Assembly (NCBI GenBank): GCA_038727515.1
Contig: JAVYVS010000003.1
Location: forward strand, 152,345 to 216,344
Direction: 5' to 3'
Origin: Candidatus Methanomethylicia archaeon
GTDB lineage: Archaea > Thermoproteota > Methanomethylicia > Culexarchaeales > Culexarchaeaceae
DNA: 64,000 nt
In this document: positions 10,873 to 25,904 of the stretch, piece after piece
Layout: every line of letters starts with the position of its first letter
Position numbering within the stretch: the stretch's first letter is position 1
Notes under the pieces: model-generated
Told to the model about the DNA's origin: nothing
The model's input: the letters and a program-made list of their open reading frames with translations, nothing else
The model's database searches: none
Made by a program: the position numbers and the translations under genes

Positions 10873-11163
10873 GTGAGAGTAAGGGATGTATTGAACAAAA
10901 TATATTGGCATAAAGATGAAAATAAAAGTGATTATGAAATATTATTTATCCATAGAGGGGCTCCAAATAATTTAAAATCATTCTCTGCAAACGACATAAT
11001 AAAGATAGGGAAAGAAAGTGTAAACTATAAGAACAAAGATGATGACGTTGTAACTATACCATTTCATAGGATCATACTAATAAGAAATATAAAAACAGGA
11101 AAAATTCTATGGAAGAAAGGTATGTTGATGAGAGATGATGAGAAATGTGATGCTATAGGTTAA
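10873..11163 (+). CDS. DUF504/UPF0248 (MJ1316-type) protein
   Basis: RDVLNKIYW...HRGA...IPFHRI signature. Confidence 0.85.
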   Translation: MRVRDVLNKIYWHKDENKSDYEILFIHRGAPNNLKSFSANDIIKIGKESVNYKNKDDDVVTIPFHRIILIRNIKTGKILWKKGMLMRDDEKCDAIG

Positions 11164-11198
11164 AATTTAAAATCATTGTAGAAATTATTAGTTGTAGG

Positions 11199-11741
11199 GT
11201 GTTTATTATCATGTATATTCGTGGACTATATGTAGGACGTTTTCAGCCTGTTCACTTAGGTCATGTGGAGTGTATAAAATATGTATCAAAAAAATGTGAA
11301 GAAGTTATAATAGTTATCGGTAGTGCGCAGGCAAGTCATACTCTTGAGAATCCATTTACCACCGCTGAAAGGATTCAAATGCTTAGGTTAGCACTCCAAG
11401 AAAATAAGTTCGATCTAGGGAAAATAATAATTGTTCCTATTGAAGACACATTAAATAATAATCATTCAGTATGGGTTTCAAAGGTTAAAAGTATGGTTCC
11501 AAAGTTTGATGTTATTTTTACTAATAGTCCTTTAACTAAAAGATTATTTGAGGAAGAAGGCATGAAAGTTGAAGAAATCCCATTTATTGACAGGGAAATC
11601 TATAATGGAACAAAAATTAGATCATTAATTATTGAGGGGAAAGAATGGAAGGAATTTCTTCCAAGAAGTGTTTATGAATATATTAAGGAGATAAAAGGAG
11701 ATGTGCGATTAAAATGTTTAGCGAAGAAGGATATTGTATGA
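11199..11741 (+). CDS. nadM: nicotinamide-nucleotide adenylyltransferase
   Basis: GRFQPVHLGH, GSAQ.SHT..NPFT..ER. Confidence 0.93.
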   Translation: MFIIMYIRGLYVGRFQPVHLGHVECIKYVSKKCEEVIIVIGSAQASHTLENPFTTAERIQMLRLALQENKFDLGKIIIVPIEDTLNNNHSVWVSKVKSMVPKFDVIFTNSPLTKRLFEEEGMKVEEIPFIDREIYNGTKIRSLIIEGKEWKEFLPRSVYEYIKEIKGDVRLKCLAKKDIV

Positions 11742-11846
11742 GTTGATAGTGTAAACTAATGGCTTAGTTATTAGTATACGGCTTATTATTGTAACTTACG
11801 CTTACAAAGTTTTTGAAAAGTGAACCATCACTCATCTTTGAATTAA

Positions 11847-11916
11847 AAATCAGAGCTTTTAACTTTCATCATCGTTGATGTGAATACAACTAAGTGCTCA
11901 ACCAGCTCATCATCTA
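11847..11916 (-). ncRNA. box C/D guide sRNA
   Basis: Minus strand: C ATGATGA, 12-nt guide, D' CTTA, GTTG/CAAC stem, C' ATGATGA, 12-nt guide AAGTTAAAAGCT, D CTGA. Confidence 0.8.
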
Positions 11917-11935
11917 TATTAAATCGTTGTAGTTC

Positions 11936-12166
11936 TTATTTTAATAATTTAACCTTTAATAGTTCATTCCAAACATTGATAATGTCATTAAGAGATTCTT
12001 CGTCTAATATTTGTATTGCAAATCCAGCATGAACAAGAACGTAATCATTTACTTTTATTCTCTCTTTTACTAATGTTATTATTATTTCCTTTTGAACACC
12101 ACCAAAGTCAGCTAATGCCTTATCACCATTTATTGATATTATTTTTGCGGGTATAGCCAGACACAT
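11936..12166 (-). CDS. hypC: hydrogenase maturation chaperone HypC
   Basis: MCLAIPAK start and DYVLVHAGFAI. Confidence 0.93.
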   Translation of the reverse strand: MCLAIPAKIISINGDKALADFGGVQKEIIITLVKERIKVNDYVLVHAGFAIQILDEESLNDIINVWNELLKVKLLK

Positions 12167-12236
12167 ACATATCAGTAAATGATAAGAAGCAAAAAAATAA
12201 TTAAGTGTTTTTGTAATTATTTCATTGGTCTTAAAA

Positions 12237-12944
12237 ATGTCGTTAAATAGGGGAGATTTCATACTCGTGAATTTTACAGCAAAAGTAAAGGATACTGAAG
12301 AGATAATTGATACAACAATTGAAGATGTGGCAAAGGAGGGAAAAATATACCAAGAAAATAAAGTTTATGGACCAAGGTTAATAATAATTGGGGAAGGACA
12401 ATTATTAAAGAAGTTAGAAGAAGAAATATTGTCAATGAACGTAGGGGATAGAAAAATCATTGAATTGAAACCGGAAGAAGCATTTGGATATAGAGATCCA
12501 TCAAAAGTAAGGATAATACCAGCAAGGGAATTAACTAGTAAGGGTATAACACCTAAAACTGGAACAAGAATTGAAACGGATGAGGGGGTTGCAATAGTTA
12601 GAAGTATAGGAGGGGGGAGAGTTGTAATAGACTTAAATCATCCATTAGCGGGAAAAACATTGGTGTACGATGTTCATATAATTAAGAAGATAGAAGAAGA
12701 AAACGAAAAAATATTATTACTAATTCAGCGGAGATTACCATCCGTAGATGTATCAAAATTTAATATAGCAATTAATAACGGAACTCTCGTAATAAGAATC
12801 CCAGCAGAAATATACTTACTAGAGGGACTTCAATACATAAAACGAGGTATAGTTAATGATATAGAAAGATTCTTTAAAAATATAAGAAAAGTTGAAATAG
12901 TTGAAACTTACGAGATTAAACATGAGAACAGAGAAGAGAAGTAG
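12237..12944 (+). CDS. slyD: FKBP-type peptidyl-prolyl isomerase (long SlyD type)
   Basis: PEEAFG.RD, DLNHPLAGK. Confidence 0.9.
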   Translation: MSLNRGDFILVNFTAKVKDTEEIIDTTIEDVAKEGKIYQENKVYGPRLIIIGEGQLLKKLEEEILSMNVGDRKIIELKPEEAFGYRDPSKVRIIPARELTSKGITPKTGTRIETDEGVAIVRSIGGGRVVIDLNHPLAGKTLVYDVHIIKKIEEENEKILLLIQRRLPSVDVSKFNIAINNGTLVIRIPAEIYLLEGLQYIKRGIVNDIERFFKNIRKVEIVETYEIKHENREEK

Positions 12945-12964
12945 ATTTTAAATTAGGAACTTTA

Positions 12965-13426
12965 TTAAATGATTGTAACCAAAACTTTAGCTAGATTTTT
13001 ACCATTTTGACATTTTATATGGTGTAATATCTTTTCAATCTTGATCTTGTCATTTTTAAATAGACCTAGGGGTGCACAAAGTGATTTATTTAAGCAAGTT
13101 GTTTTACATTCAATAGGGTTATAAGATACGATTACTCCTTCTAGCGCAATTCTACGTTCTACGAAAATTTCTATTGGTGATAATTTAACTTCAACTACTG
13201 ACACGAAGTCATTTAATAATTTACAAAAATGTTTTTTATCCCTAACTTTAATTATTTCATATATTCGCCCTTGTTCTAGTCTTTCAACACAAACCTTTCT
13301 TAAATTACATGTTAAACATATTTCACTAGGTTTTTCAAAAACAAACTTATAACCATTTTTAGCAACATTACTATTAACTAATGTTATTATAGTATTATCC
13401 TTTGATAACCTCTGTTTCAGCTGCAA
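12965..13426 (-). CDS. UPF0179 family protein
   Basis: ITLV...A..G..F, CxxCxLxxxC, L..GR.YEI..VR; true start may be downstream. Confidence 0.8.
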   Translation of the reverse strand: MQLKQRLSKDNTIITLVNSNVAKNGYKFVFEKPSEICLTCNLRKVCVERLEQGRIYEIIKVRDKKHFCKLLNDFVSVVEVKLSPIEIFVERRIALEGVIVSYNPIECKTTCLNKSLCAPLGLFKNDKIKIEKILHHIKCQNGKNLAKVLVTII

Positions 13427-14468
13427 TTTTTTCAGCCTCCCTCCAATTTAATTCTTTTTCATTCAATATTGTGTACCTATCTTTACGTATTTCTTTAGCT
13501 TTAATTAAAGCTTCTATTATATCATTCTCTTCTACCCCTAGTTCTTTAGCATTTGTTGGAGCTCCAATTATTGATAACGTATTTTTTATTTTTCTCCAGT
13601 TACCACCATGAAGATACATCATAATTATTGTACCCACGCCACATTGTTCACCATGTAAACCCGGTTTTTTCGCTATTATATCAAGTGCATGGCTAAACAT
13701 ATGTTCAGACCCACTACATGGTCTACTACTACCAGCAATGCACATAGCTACACCACAACTTATTAATGCTTCAACAATTGTTCTAATACTTTCATCCATT
13801 AGATGTCGTATCCTCTTGGCATGTTTTACTACGAGATTTGCTGACATTAAAGCAAGTGATGCAGCGTATTCACCATAATATTCTCCTAAACGTTGTTTAG
13901 CTAATTTCCAATCTTTAATAGATGTAAATTTTGCAATGATGTCACCACAACCACTTGCTATTAGCTTATATGGAGCTTTAACTATTATGTTTAAATCAGC
14001 TATTATTGATATAGGTGGATTAACAGTTATTGAGGTTCTACTGGATGTATTTCTAATGGAGGCTATAGGTGATGATATCCCATCGTGACTTGCAGCAGTT
14101 GGTACACTTATATATGGAAGGTTATTTTTAAAGGCTATTATTTTAGTTGCATCAATAACTTTACCGCCTCCAACACCAATTATAATATCGATATTACTTA
14201 TTTTTTGAAATTCTTCAGATATTCTATTAATTTCGTTGATAGAAGATTCTTCTACAGTATAAAGTTCGCTTTCAAACCCGTTAGCACTTAAAATGTCATA
14301 TACTTTTTCTCCAGCTATATTTTTAACATGTGGGCCAGTTAATATAATAACTTTATTCTTTACCTTTAATTCGTTGCATATTTCCCGTATATTGTTTATG
14401 ACATTTTTACCTACAAGCACTTTTTGAGGCAAAGTGATTTTATGTTGTTCCAAAGCACATGCCCTCAT
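13395..14468 (-). CDS. egsA: glycerol-1-phosphate dehydrogenase
   Basis: GGGKVID, PTAASHDGI, SRPCSGSEH, LHGEQ. Confidence 0.95.
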   Translation of the reverse strand: MRACALEQHKITLPQKVLVGKNVINNIREICNELKVKNKVIILTGPHVKNIAGEKVYDILSANGFESELYTVEESSINEINRISEEFQKISNIDIIIGVGGGKVIDATKIIAFKNNLPYISVPTAASHDGISSPIASIRNTSSRTSITVNPPISIIADLNIIVKAPYKLIASGCGDIIAKFTSIKDWKLAKQRLGEYYGEYAASLALMSANLVVKHAKRIRHLMDESIRTIVEALISCGVAMCIAGSSRPCSGSEHMFSHALDIIAKKPGLHGEQCGVGTIIMMYLHGGNWRKIKNTLSIIGAPTNAKELGVEENDIIEALIKAKEIRKDRYTILNEKELNWREAEKIAAETEVIKG

Positions 14469-14583
14469 AGAAAATTAAATAGGTAAATATATAAAAATAG
14501 ATATTGAAAAAGTAATTCTTAAATACAAGAAAGTGCTCTTTACTGTTGTATTTTTCATGTTTTAAATAATTCTGGGTGGTAAA

Positions 14584-15213
14584 ATGTATTATAGTAATAT
14601 GAACAAAATATTAATGAGTGGAACAACAACGGTTGGCCTGGTATGTTCAGATGGAGTTATACTCGGCTCTGATAGAAGAGCTACTGTAGGTTTTTTTGTA
14701 GCTCATCCTCATGTTAGAAAGATATACAAATTAGACGACCATATTGCTGCAACTATAGCCGGAGTTGTAGCAGATGCACAAAATATAATGAATATCGCAA
14801 GTGCTAACATAAAACTATACAAATATATGCATAATAGGCCAATAAGTGTAAAAGCAGCATCAAGTTTACTTTCAAATATATTGATTAATGCAAGGGTATA
14901 TCCTTTTATAGTACAACTACTTGTAGGAGGGGTTGACCACTCTGGACCTCGTCTTTTTGCTTTAGATCCATTTGGAACGGTGACAGAGGAGAAATATACG
15001 ACTACAGGATCTGGTTCCCCCATGGCGATAAGCATATTAGAGGACTCCTTTAGGAGGGGACTCTCAATAAAAGAAGCTATACCAATAGTTTCACGTGCAA
15101 TATCTTCTGCTATTAAGAGAGATCCAGCAAGCGGAGGAGGATACGACATTGTTATAATAACAAAAGAAGGAATGCAAGAATTTAGCAGTGAAGAGTTATC
15201 AAGGTCGAGATAA
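14584..15213 (+). CDS. psmB: proteasome beta subunit
   Basis: Short propeptide then G|TTTVG; GSGS; RD..SGG. Confidence 0.95.
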   Translation: MYYSNMNKILMSGTTTVGLVCSDGVILGSDRRATVGFFVAHPHVRKIYKLDDHIAATIAGVVADAQNIMNIASANIKLYKYMHNRPISVKAASSLLSNILINARVYPFIVQLLVGGVDHSGPRLFALDPFGTVTEEKYTTTGSGSPMAISILEDSFRRGLSIKEAIPIVSRAISSAIKRDPASGGGYDIVIITKEGMQEFSSEELSRSR

Positions 15214-15216
15214 CAT

Positions 15217-17118
15217 ATGGAAGATGCTATTTTTAGGATTAGAGAATCAATAATGAAAAATATACCTCAAAAAGCAGAAATAACAAGAATAGAATTTGAG
15301 GGCCCGGAGATAGCCGTTTATGTATCAAAACCAGAACTGTTATCAGAAGAGGTATTAAAGAAAATAGCTAAAGAGATAAAGAAAAGGATAACTATTAGAA
15401 TAGAGCCAAATGTAAGATTAGATAAACAAAAAGTAATTGAACATATTTATGCTGGGATTCAAAAAGAAAATGAAATAAGCAATATTTTATTTGATGATGC
15501 ATTTGGTGAGGTATATATAGTGGTAAAAAAGGGGGTAAAGACGCTTCTTGAAAACGAAGAAATTCTAAAAAGGATGACTGCATTAACTCTATGGAAAACT
15601 AAAATAGTTAAAGAACCTCCTATAAAATCATCAGTAAATGATTTTATAATAAAACTTAAGCTTCAATATGGAGAAACTAGAAGAAAAATATTGAGAGATG
15701 TTGGCTCAAGGATTCATAGACCACAAATCTTTCAGTCAGGAGAAATTAGAATGATTTGTCTAGGTGGATTTAGAGAAGTTGGACGTTCTGCTATATTGTT
15801 AGAGACTAGTGAGAGTACAATATTATTAGATTGTGGAGTAAAACCAGGCTTTACACATCCGTTACAAAGTTTTCCAAGGCTTGATATATCTGAATTTTTA
15901 ATTGAAAAATTAGATGCAGTAGTAATATCACACGCACATTTAGATCACTGTGGATTTTTACCTTATCTTTTTAAGTATGGTTATGATGGTCCAGTATACT
16001 GTACTCCCCCAACACTTGATCTAATGACCTTATTACAGCTGGATTATTTACAAGTAGCAGGAAAAGAGGGTTTAAACCCCCCATACTCCCTACAAAACAT
16101 TCAGGAAGCAATACTACATACAATACCAGTTGAATATGGTGAAGTAACCGATATAGCACCCGATATACGATTGACATTTTATAATGCAGGACACGTTCTT
16201 GGATCCGCTATTGTTCATCTTAACATAGGTGATGGGGAACATAATATTGTATATACAGGAGATTTAAAGTTTGGAAGAACAAGACTTTTAGAACCAGCAA
16301 CTTATTCATTTCCAAGAGTGGAAACATTAATCATTGAGGGAACATATGGTGCCCCCACAGATATTCTTCCACAGAGGATAGAGACTGAGGCAAAGTTAAT
16401 AGAAATAATATTGAAAACAATAAATAAAGGTGGCAAGATATTAATACCAGTACTTTCTGTTGGAAGAGCACAAGAGATATTAATACTGTTGAATGAAGCT
16501 TTTAAAATGAATTATATAAAGCCAATACCAGTGTTTATTGAAGGTATGGTTCAAGAGGCTACTAGTATTCACTTGATTTATCCCTATGGACTTTCAAAGA
16601 ATATTAGGGAAGAAATATTGGTAAAAGATGAAAACCCATTTTTAAACGAATATTTTCACATATTGTCCCCCTCGACGGACCGTGAAATGATAGCAAGCGG
16701 CGAACCATGTATAATCATGGCAACTTCAGGAATGTTGACTGGAGGCCCTTCACTAGCTTATTTTAAACTTCTAGCACCTGATGAAAGGAATTCTATAATT
16801 TTCGTTTCATATCAGATACCTGGAACATTGGGTAGACGTGTATTAAATGGTATGAGGGAGATTCCCATAATATCAGAGGATGGTAAAAGCGAAGTTATAA
16901 AAGTTAATATGAATGTTTTTTCTGTAGAAGGTTTTTCAGGTCATAGTGATAGAAGACAATTATTAGGATTTGTAAAGAGGATATCACCTAAACCTAATAA
17001 AATATTCGTTTGCCATGGTGAAGAAAACAAAGTAATAAATCTAGCTGAAACATTCTCAAAAATTTTCAAGATAAATGCATATGCTCCAAATAATATGGAT
17101 GTTATAAGGTTGAAATGA
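15217..17118 (+). CDS. fttA: aCPSF1/FttA beta-CASP ribonuclease (transcription termination factor)
   Basis: N-terminal KH domains (IEFEGPEI), HAHLDH, GFSGHSD; adjacent to psmB as is typical. Confidence 0.93.
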   Translation: MEDAIFRIRESIMKNIPQKAEITRIEFEGPEIAVYVSKPELLSEEVLKKIAKEIKKRITIRIEPNVRLDKQKVIEHIYAGIQKENEISNILFDDAFGEVYIVVKKGVKTLLENEEILKRMTALTLWKTKIVKEPPIKSSVNDFIIKLKLQYGETRRKILRDVGSRIHRPQIFQSGEIRMICLGGFREVGRSAILLETSESTILLDCGVKPGFTHPLQSFPRLDISEFLIEKLDAVVISHAHLDHCGFLPYLFKYGYDGPVYCTPPTLDLMTLLQLDYLQVAGKEGLNPPYSLQNIQEAILHTIPVEYGEVTDIAPDIRLTFYNAGHVLGSAIVHLNIGDGEHNIVYTGDLKFGRTRLLEPATYSFPRVETLIIEGTYGAPTDILPQRIETEAKLIEIILKTINKGGKILIPVLSVGRAQEILILLNEAFKMNYIKPIPVFIEGMVQEATSIHLIYPYGLSKNIREEILVKDENPFLNEYFHILSPSTDREMIASGEPCIIMATSGMLTGGPSLAYFKLLAPDERNSIIFVSYQIPGTLGRRVLNGMREIPIISEDGKSEVIKVNMNVFSVEGFSGHSDRRQLLGFVKRISPKPNKIFVCHGEENKVINLAETFSKIFKINAYAPNNMDVIRLK

Positions 17119-17124
17119 TAATGA

Positions 17125-17649
17125 TTAACTGTTTGGAAAATGATGTTTAAGAGATACCCATATTTTATCACCTACATGATGAAGATTTCTAATAACTTTT
17201 CCATGTTTAATCGTATGAATCATAGTTGATGAAAATAGAGCTTTACCAATAGCTATAGTGATATTATGGTTACATTCAACTATTTGTACTATTTCGTTTT
17301 CATTGAAAAAATCTTTGATTTCAATAATTCCAGGCGCCATAACATCGGCTCCATTAATTATGTGACGGATTGCCCCATCATCAACTACAACTTTTGGCAG
17401 TATTTCTTTCACTTTGTCATTTAATATGTTTATTGTGGGGATGAAGAGGTTTTCTTGTAGTTTTAGTATTATCGGGCTTCTCTCTATTACATAAACCTCA
17501 AATTTGTCAAATAATAAATATTCTATTTGAGGATTATTGTATGTAGCAATAACTTTTTTATACAATTCTGGATATAATTCACGTATTTTATTGATAATTT
17601 CTCTCGAATTTTTCCCACTTAATAAATGTCTTTTCTTAATTTTTGACAT
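17125..17649 (-). CDS. DUF1947/PUA RNA-binding protein (MCT-1/Tma20-like)
   Basis: VVVDDGAI..I.NGADVMAPGI; HHVGD. Confidence 0.9.
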   Translation of the reverse strand: MSKIKKRHLLSGKNSREIINKIRELYPELYKKVIATYNNPQIEYLLFDKFEVYVIERSPIILKLQENLFIPTINILNDKVKEILPKVVVDDGAIRHIINGADVMAPGIIEIKDFFNENEIVQIVECNHNITIAIGKALFSSTMIHTIKHGKVIRNLHHVGDKIWVSLKHHFPNS

Positions 17650-17752
17650 ACCAACTTAAAGTAAGATTATCAGTAATTAATAAAATTTAATAATCAAGTT
17701 TAACCGTTATTTTTAAATTTAGATAGACGTTAAATAGGGTAGGTGTAAACCA

Positions 17753-17980
17753 ATGACTGAAACTGCAACAAGCGAAGTTTTATCTAAATCATTGGGAGGA
17801 ATGGTCTACGTAAAGTTAAAAGGTGAAAAAATCATTAGGGGGCTTTTGAAGAGTTTTGATCAACACCTAAATTTGGTTTTAGAAAATGCAGAGGAAATTG
17901 AAGAGAATAGTACAAAATCTCTAGGGACTTTAATAATTAGAGGGGATAATATAATCTTGATTTCACCAGTATCATCATAG
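17753..17980 (+). CDS. Sm-like protein (SmAP1/Lsm)
   Basis: [14 protein letters not shown]...IRGDNI; directly upstream of rpl37e as is typical. Confidence 0.93.
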   Translation: MTETATSEVLSKSLGGMVYVKLKGEKIIRGLLKSFDQHLNLVLENAEEIEENSTKSLGTLIIRGDNIILISPVSS

Positions 17981-17993
17981 TTGGTGTGATGAC

Positions 17994-18158
17994 ATGGTAA
18001 AAGGTACTACTTCATTTGGAAAGGCAAACAGCAAAAAAACTCATATAATTTGTAGAAGATGTGGAAGACATTCATACAATGTAAGAGGAAAATACTGTGC
18101 AGCATGTGGTTTTGGTCGTTCAAGTAAGATTAGGAAATACAAATGGTTGTTAGAATAA
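17994..18158 (+). CDS. rpl37e: 50S ribosomal protein L37e
   Basis: Not in ORF track; [10 protein letters not shown]...[14 protein letters not shown]...CAACGFG. Confidence 0.96.
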   Translation: MVKGTTSFGKANSKKTHIICRRCGRHSYNVRGKYCAACGFGRSSKIRKYKWLLE

Positions 18159-18194
18159 TTCAAATGCATAAAAATAAAATAAAAACTATTCATT

Positions 18195-18271
18195 TGGTGG
18201 ACCGGGCGGGATTTGAACCCGCGACCTCCTGCGTGCAAGGCAGACGCTCTTCCAGGCTGAGCTACCGGCCC
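18195..18271 (-). tRNA. tRNA-Ala(TGC), CCA encoded
   Basis: GGGCCGG/CCGGTCC acceptor with G3:U70; loop CT-TGC-AC. Confidence 0.95.
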
Positions 18272-18347
18272 AAACAGATTAAAATTGTAGTGCTCAGAAT
18301 TTGTATAAAGGCATGATAAAATTTAAAATTTTTGTGAATATTTGAAG

Positions 18348-18422
18348 GGCCGCCGGCGGGATTTGAACCCGCGACCTACAGGTCCACAGCCTGCCGCTCT
18401 TCCAGACTGAGCTACGGCGGCC
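18348..18422 (-). tRNA. tRNA-His(GTG), G-1 encoded
   Basis: G-GCCGCCG/CGGCGGC-C; loop CT-GTG-GA. Confidence 0.95.
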
Positions 18423-18521
18423 ATTTTTATTCAAATGTATTATATGGGAAGATATTATTGAGAGATTTCATAAGCTTATATCTAATAGGTCACACATTTA
18501 TATAAGTGTTATTTTAGTTGT

Positions 18522-19778
18522 TTACTTTATATTGTCGCTAATTTTATATCTTAATATGGCAGCTACACCACCAAAGGATTTACGTAATTGTTCCCCCTCT
18601 TCGGTTTCAGTGGATATTAATTCTATTTTTACACCATTAGCTTCAGCCTTTTCAATAATTTCATCTAAAATTATTTTTTTATCATTTATTATCATTTGAC
18701 CATTACACTTAGGGCACGGTTCACTTAGTATTTTTGATTCTTCAGACAAGTTAATGACTTTCTCCATACGATACCCGCAATTTGAACATTGAAGAATTAT
18801 TCTTTCTAAATTTTCGAGATCTGTTGATAATAATATTTTTTCAACAAGATTTAGAGAAAGTAAATTTTCCACATTACTTAGTCCATATGATATGCAACTG
18901 TCATCTTTGTTTAAGATTGTTAGAAACTCTTGCATGATATTCTTCTCACGTATATACTTGACATTTTGTAGCAAATCTTTACTTCTATTCACCAACTCAT
19001 AGATACCTTCTTCACTTGTATATCCAGTATCGACCACTCCGAGGATTTTAGATTGAAGTTGATAGTGAAGATAGTTTCCTTTAGCAAATTCTTCTTTAGT
19101 TTTACCAGGACCACCAATTATTATTCCTTGTAAAGTTATGTTCGTGTTTAAAAAGAATTTTTCAGCATATTCTGCAACTCTCTTATAGAATTCATGTGCC
19201 ATTTGTTCAATTACACGTTCATACCTTCTTTGAGATTGCCCTCCAGCATCATGTTTTCCTGGAACCCCAGAAGTTATTGTATCAAGTATGTATAACTGTC
19301 TACCTTTTAGAATAGCAAATGTTGCTTCGTTACGATCCATCACGATTAATCCATAAAACTCTTTTTCAGTAATTATCTCTTTTAGTGGATCTAAGTAAAA
19401 TTTGCTATCACATCTGTATAAATATGTTCTTATTGGTTCAGATGGTATTATCATATGTATTTCCATTTTTTCATCACCCGGGATTCCTGTTGAAATATAT
19501 CCGCAAAAAATCACTAAACCATTTTCAGGAACTGTTTTAAATAGTTTTAATCTTTGTATACAAGATGTTAATGCATCAAGTACATGGTGTCTAGTTCTCC
19601 TGTCTTTAATGTTACTTGCTTGTGAATACTCTTGTTTTAATGCATTCATGACGTCAGATATTTGACGCCCTGGAGGTATGTATAGGCTTATTAATTCGGT
19701 TCCTCTACCTTCTTTACTTTCTAACTCTTTTATTAATTTTTGAAGTTTATACTCTTCAATTGAACTTTTTTCACTCAA
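18522..19778 (-). CDS. prf1: peptide chain release factor aRF1
   Basis: GTELISLYIP, NIKD, YRCD, GGQS motifs. Confidence 0.96.
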   Translation of the reverse strand: MSEKSSIEEYKLQKLIKELESKEGRGTELISLYIPPGRQISDVMNALKQEYSQASNIKDRRTRHHVLDALTSCIQRLKLFKTVPENGLVIFCGYISTGIPGDEKMEIHMIIPSEPIRTYLYRCDSKFYLDPLKEIITEKEFYGLIVMDRNEATFAILKGRQLYILDTITSGVPGKHDAGGQSQRRYERVIEQMAHEFYKRVAEYAEKFFLNTNITLQGIIIGGPGKTKEEFAKGNYLHYQLQSKILGVVDTGYTSEEGIYELVNRSKDLLQNVKYIREKNIMQEFLTILNKDDSCISYGLSNVENLLSLNLVEKILLSTDLENLERIILQCSNCGYRMEKVINLSEESKILSEPCPKCNGQMIINDKKIILDEIIEKAEANGVKIELISTETEEGEQLRKSFGGVAAILRYKISDNIK

Positions 19779-19864
19779 TCAATACACCCCTACAAATCTG
19801 AGAAAATTCAAGTTAGAAAATATTATAAACTTTCTTATGAATTAAACTTTATTATGATGATTAT

Positions 19865-20572
19865 ATGAGAAAAATTGTTGTAAGAATAGGGGGACATTTA
19901 TTATTCTCTTCAAAGAATAAGATAAATGTTAATTTAATTAATGAATTTTCCAGAATACTTAAAAAAGCTTGTGACGAAGGAAATATTATACGGTTAGTTA
20001 TTGGTGGCGGTGATTATGCAAGGGAATATATAAGTGCAGCTGAACGCATAAATGCATCAGAATTCGAGAAGGATTATCTAGCGATATTAATAACACGTGC
20101 CAACGCGTTTTTATTTAAATTGGCACTTAAAGAGTACGCATATGACTATATCCCACAAACATTAGATGAAATATTGAGAGTAAATAGTTTAACAAATAAG
20201 ATAATAGTTTGTGGGGGATTAACCCCAGCTCAATCTACTATGAGTGTCGCTGCCACCATCGCAGAAGCAATAAAAGCAGATTTAATAATAAATGCTACTA
20301 ATGTGGAGGGAGTATATTCAAAAGATCCTAAAGTATATCATGATGCAAAACTCTTAAAGAAAGTATCTACACAAGAATTAAAAAACATCCTAAAAGACCA
20401 ACAAACAAAAGCAGGGTATTACGAACTTATAGACCAACAAGCAATAAATATAATTGAAAGAGCAAAAATACCATTAAGAGTTATCAATGGTGAAAATGCT
20501 GAGAATATAATTAGAGTAATCAATGGTGAAGACATAGGAACTTTAGTAGTACCAAAGAATAACTGTTCCTAA
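19865..20572 (+). CDS. pyrH: UMP kinase
   Basis: GGG..AR.YI, D.LAI..TR.NA, TNVEGVYSKDP. Confidence 0.92.
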   Translation: MRKIVVRIGGHLLFSSKNKINVNLINEFSRILKKACDEGNIIRLVIGGGDYAREYISAAERINASEFEKDYLAILITRANAFLFKLALKEYAYDYIPQTLDEILRVNSLTNKIIVCGGLTPAQSTMSVAATIAEAIKADLIINATNVEGVYSKDPKVYHDAKLLKKVSTQELKNILKDQQTKAGYYELIDQQAINIIERAKIPLRVINGENAENIIRVINGEDIGTLVVPKNNCS

Positions 20573-20729
20573 AGAGAGTAAAATAAATATATAAGAAAAT
20601 TGGTAATAATATTTGGCCCACACTAAAAAGGCGGCGTCGACTAGACAAGGGGTTAAACCCCTCGTATGAATAGTCGGCCTCCAAGTGTGGGTAAACTTAT
20701 GTGGACCTAAAATTTCTTTTAGGTCTGAA

Positions 20730-22326
<1,597 letters not shown>

Positions 22327-22436
22327 AGATGCAATCTGAAGAGTAAACTCTTCAGATGAAGGGTGGAGGGATATTTATCCTAATGACTACCATGCATAGT
22401 TAGGTGCGTGACTTGGTATAGTTTACAGGATGTGTT

Positions 22437-25495
<3,059 letters not shown>

Positions 25496-25561
25496 ACATC
25501 CTGTAAACTATACCAAACGAAACGCCTAACTATGCATGGTGTCTATTTTAAAATGGGGGGA

Positions 25562-25904
25562 ATGTAGGGTAAGTAGCGAGGCGGGTTCCGAGTAAAACTG
25601 GCGACAGTTTTACTTGAGGAAGCCCACCCCCACTGTGGCGCCGCAACCCCATAAGGGGTAGGGCGAAAGCCCTAGCTATGGCACAGAAATAACACCCCTT
25701 CTGGTTATATGAGGATGATACACGCACCAAGCCTTGCAAAAGGCTGAATTAAGCTGTTGACGAGACCAGAAGAGTGGTTGAAAAAGCCAGGCTTGCGGGG
25801 GCAAGGCCAAAAAGAGCTGATGAGCTGCCACACGAAGCTCAGGTAGGCCGCTTAGACGAATCCCGCCATAAACAAAAGGTGGGCTATCGCTACTTACCCT
25901 ACAT
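25562..25904 (+). ncRNA. rnpB: RNase P RNA
   Basis: GAGGAAGCCCACC...AACAAAAGGTGGGCTA (P4), ACAGAAA, GGGGCAAG; terminal stem ATGTAGGGTAAGTAGCGA/TCGCTACTTACCCTACAT; mature ends may be shorter. Confidence 0.93.
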
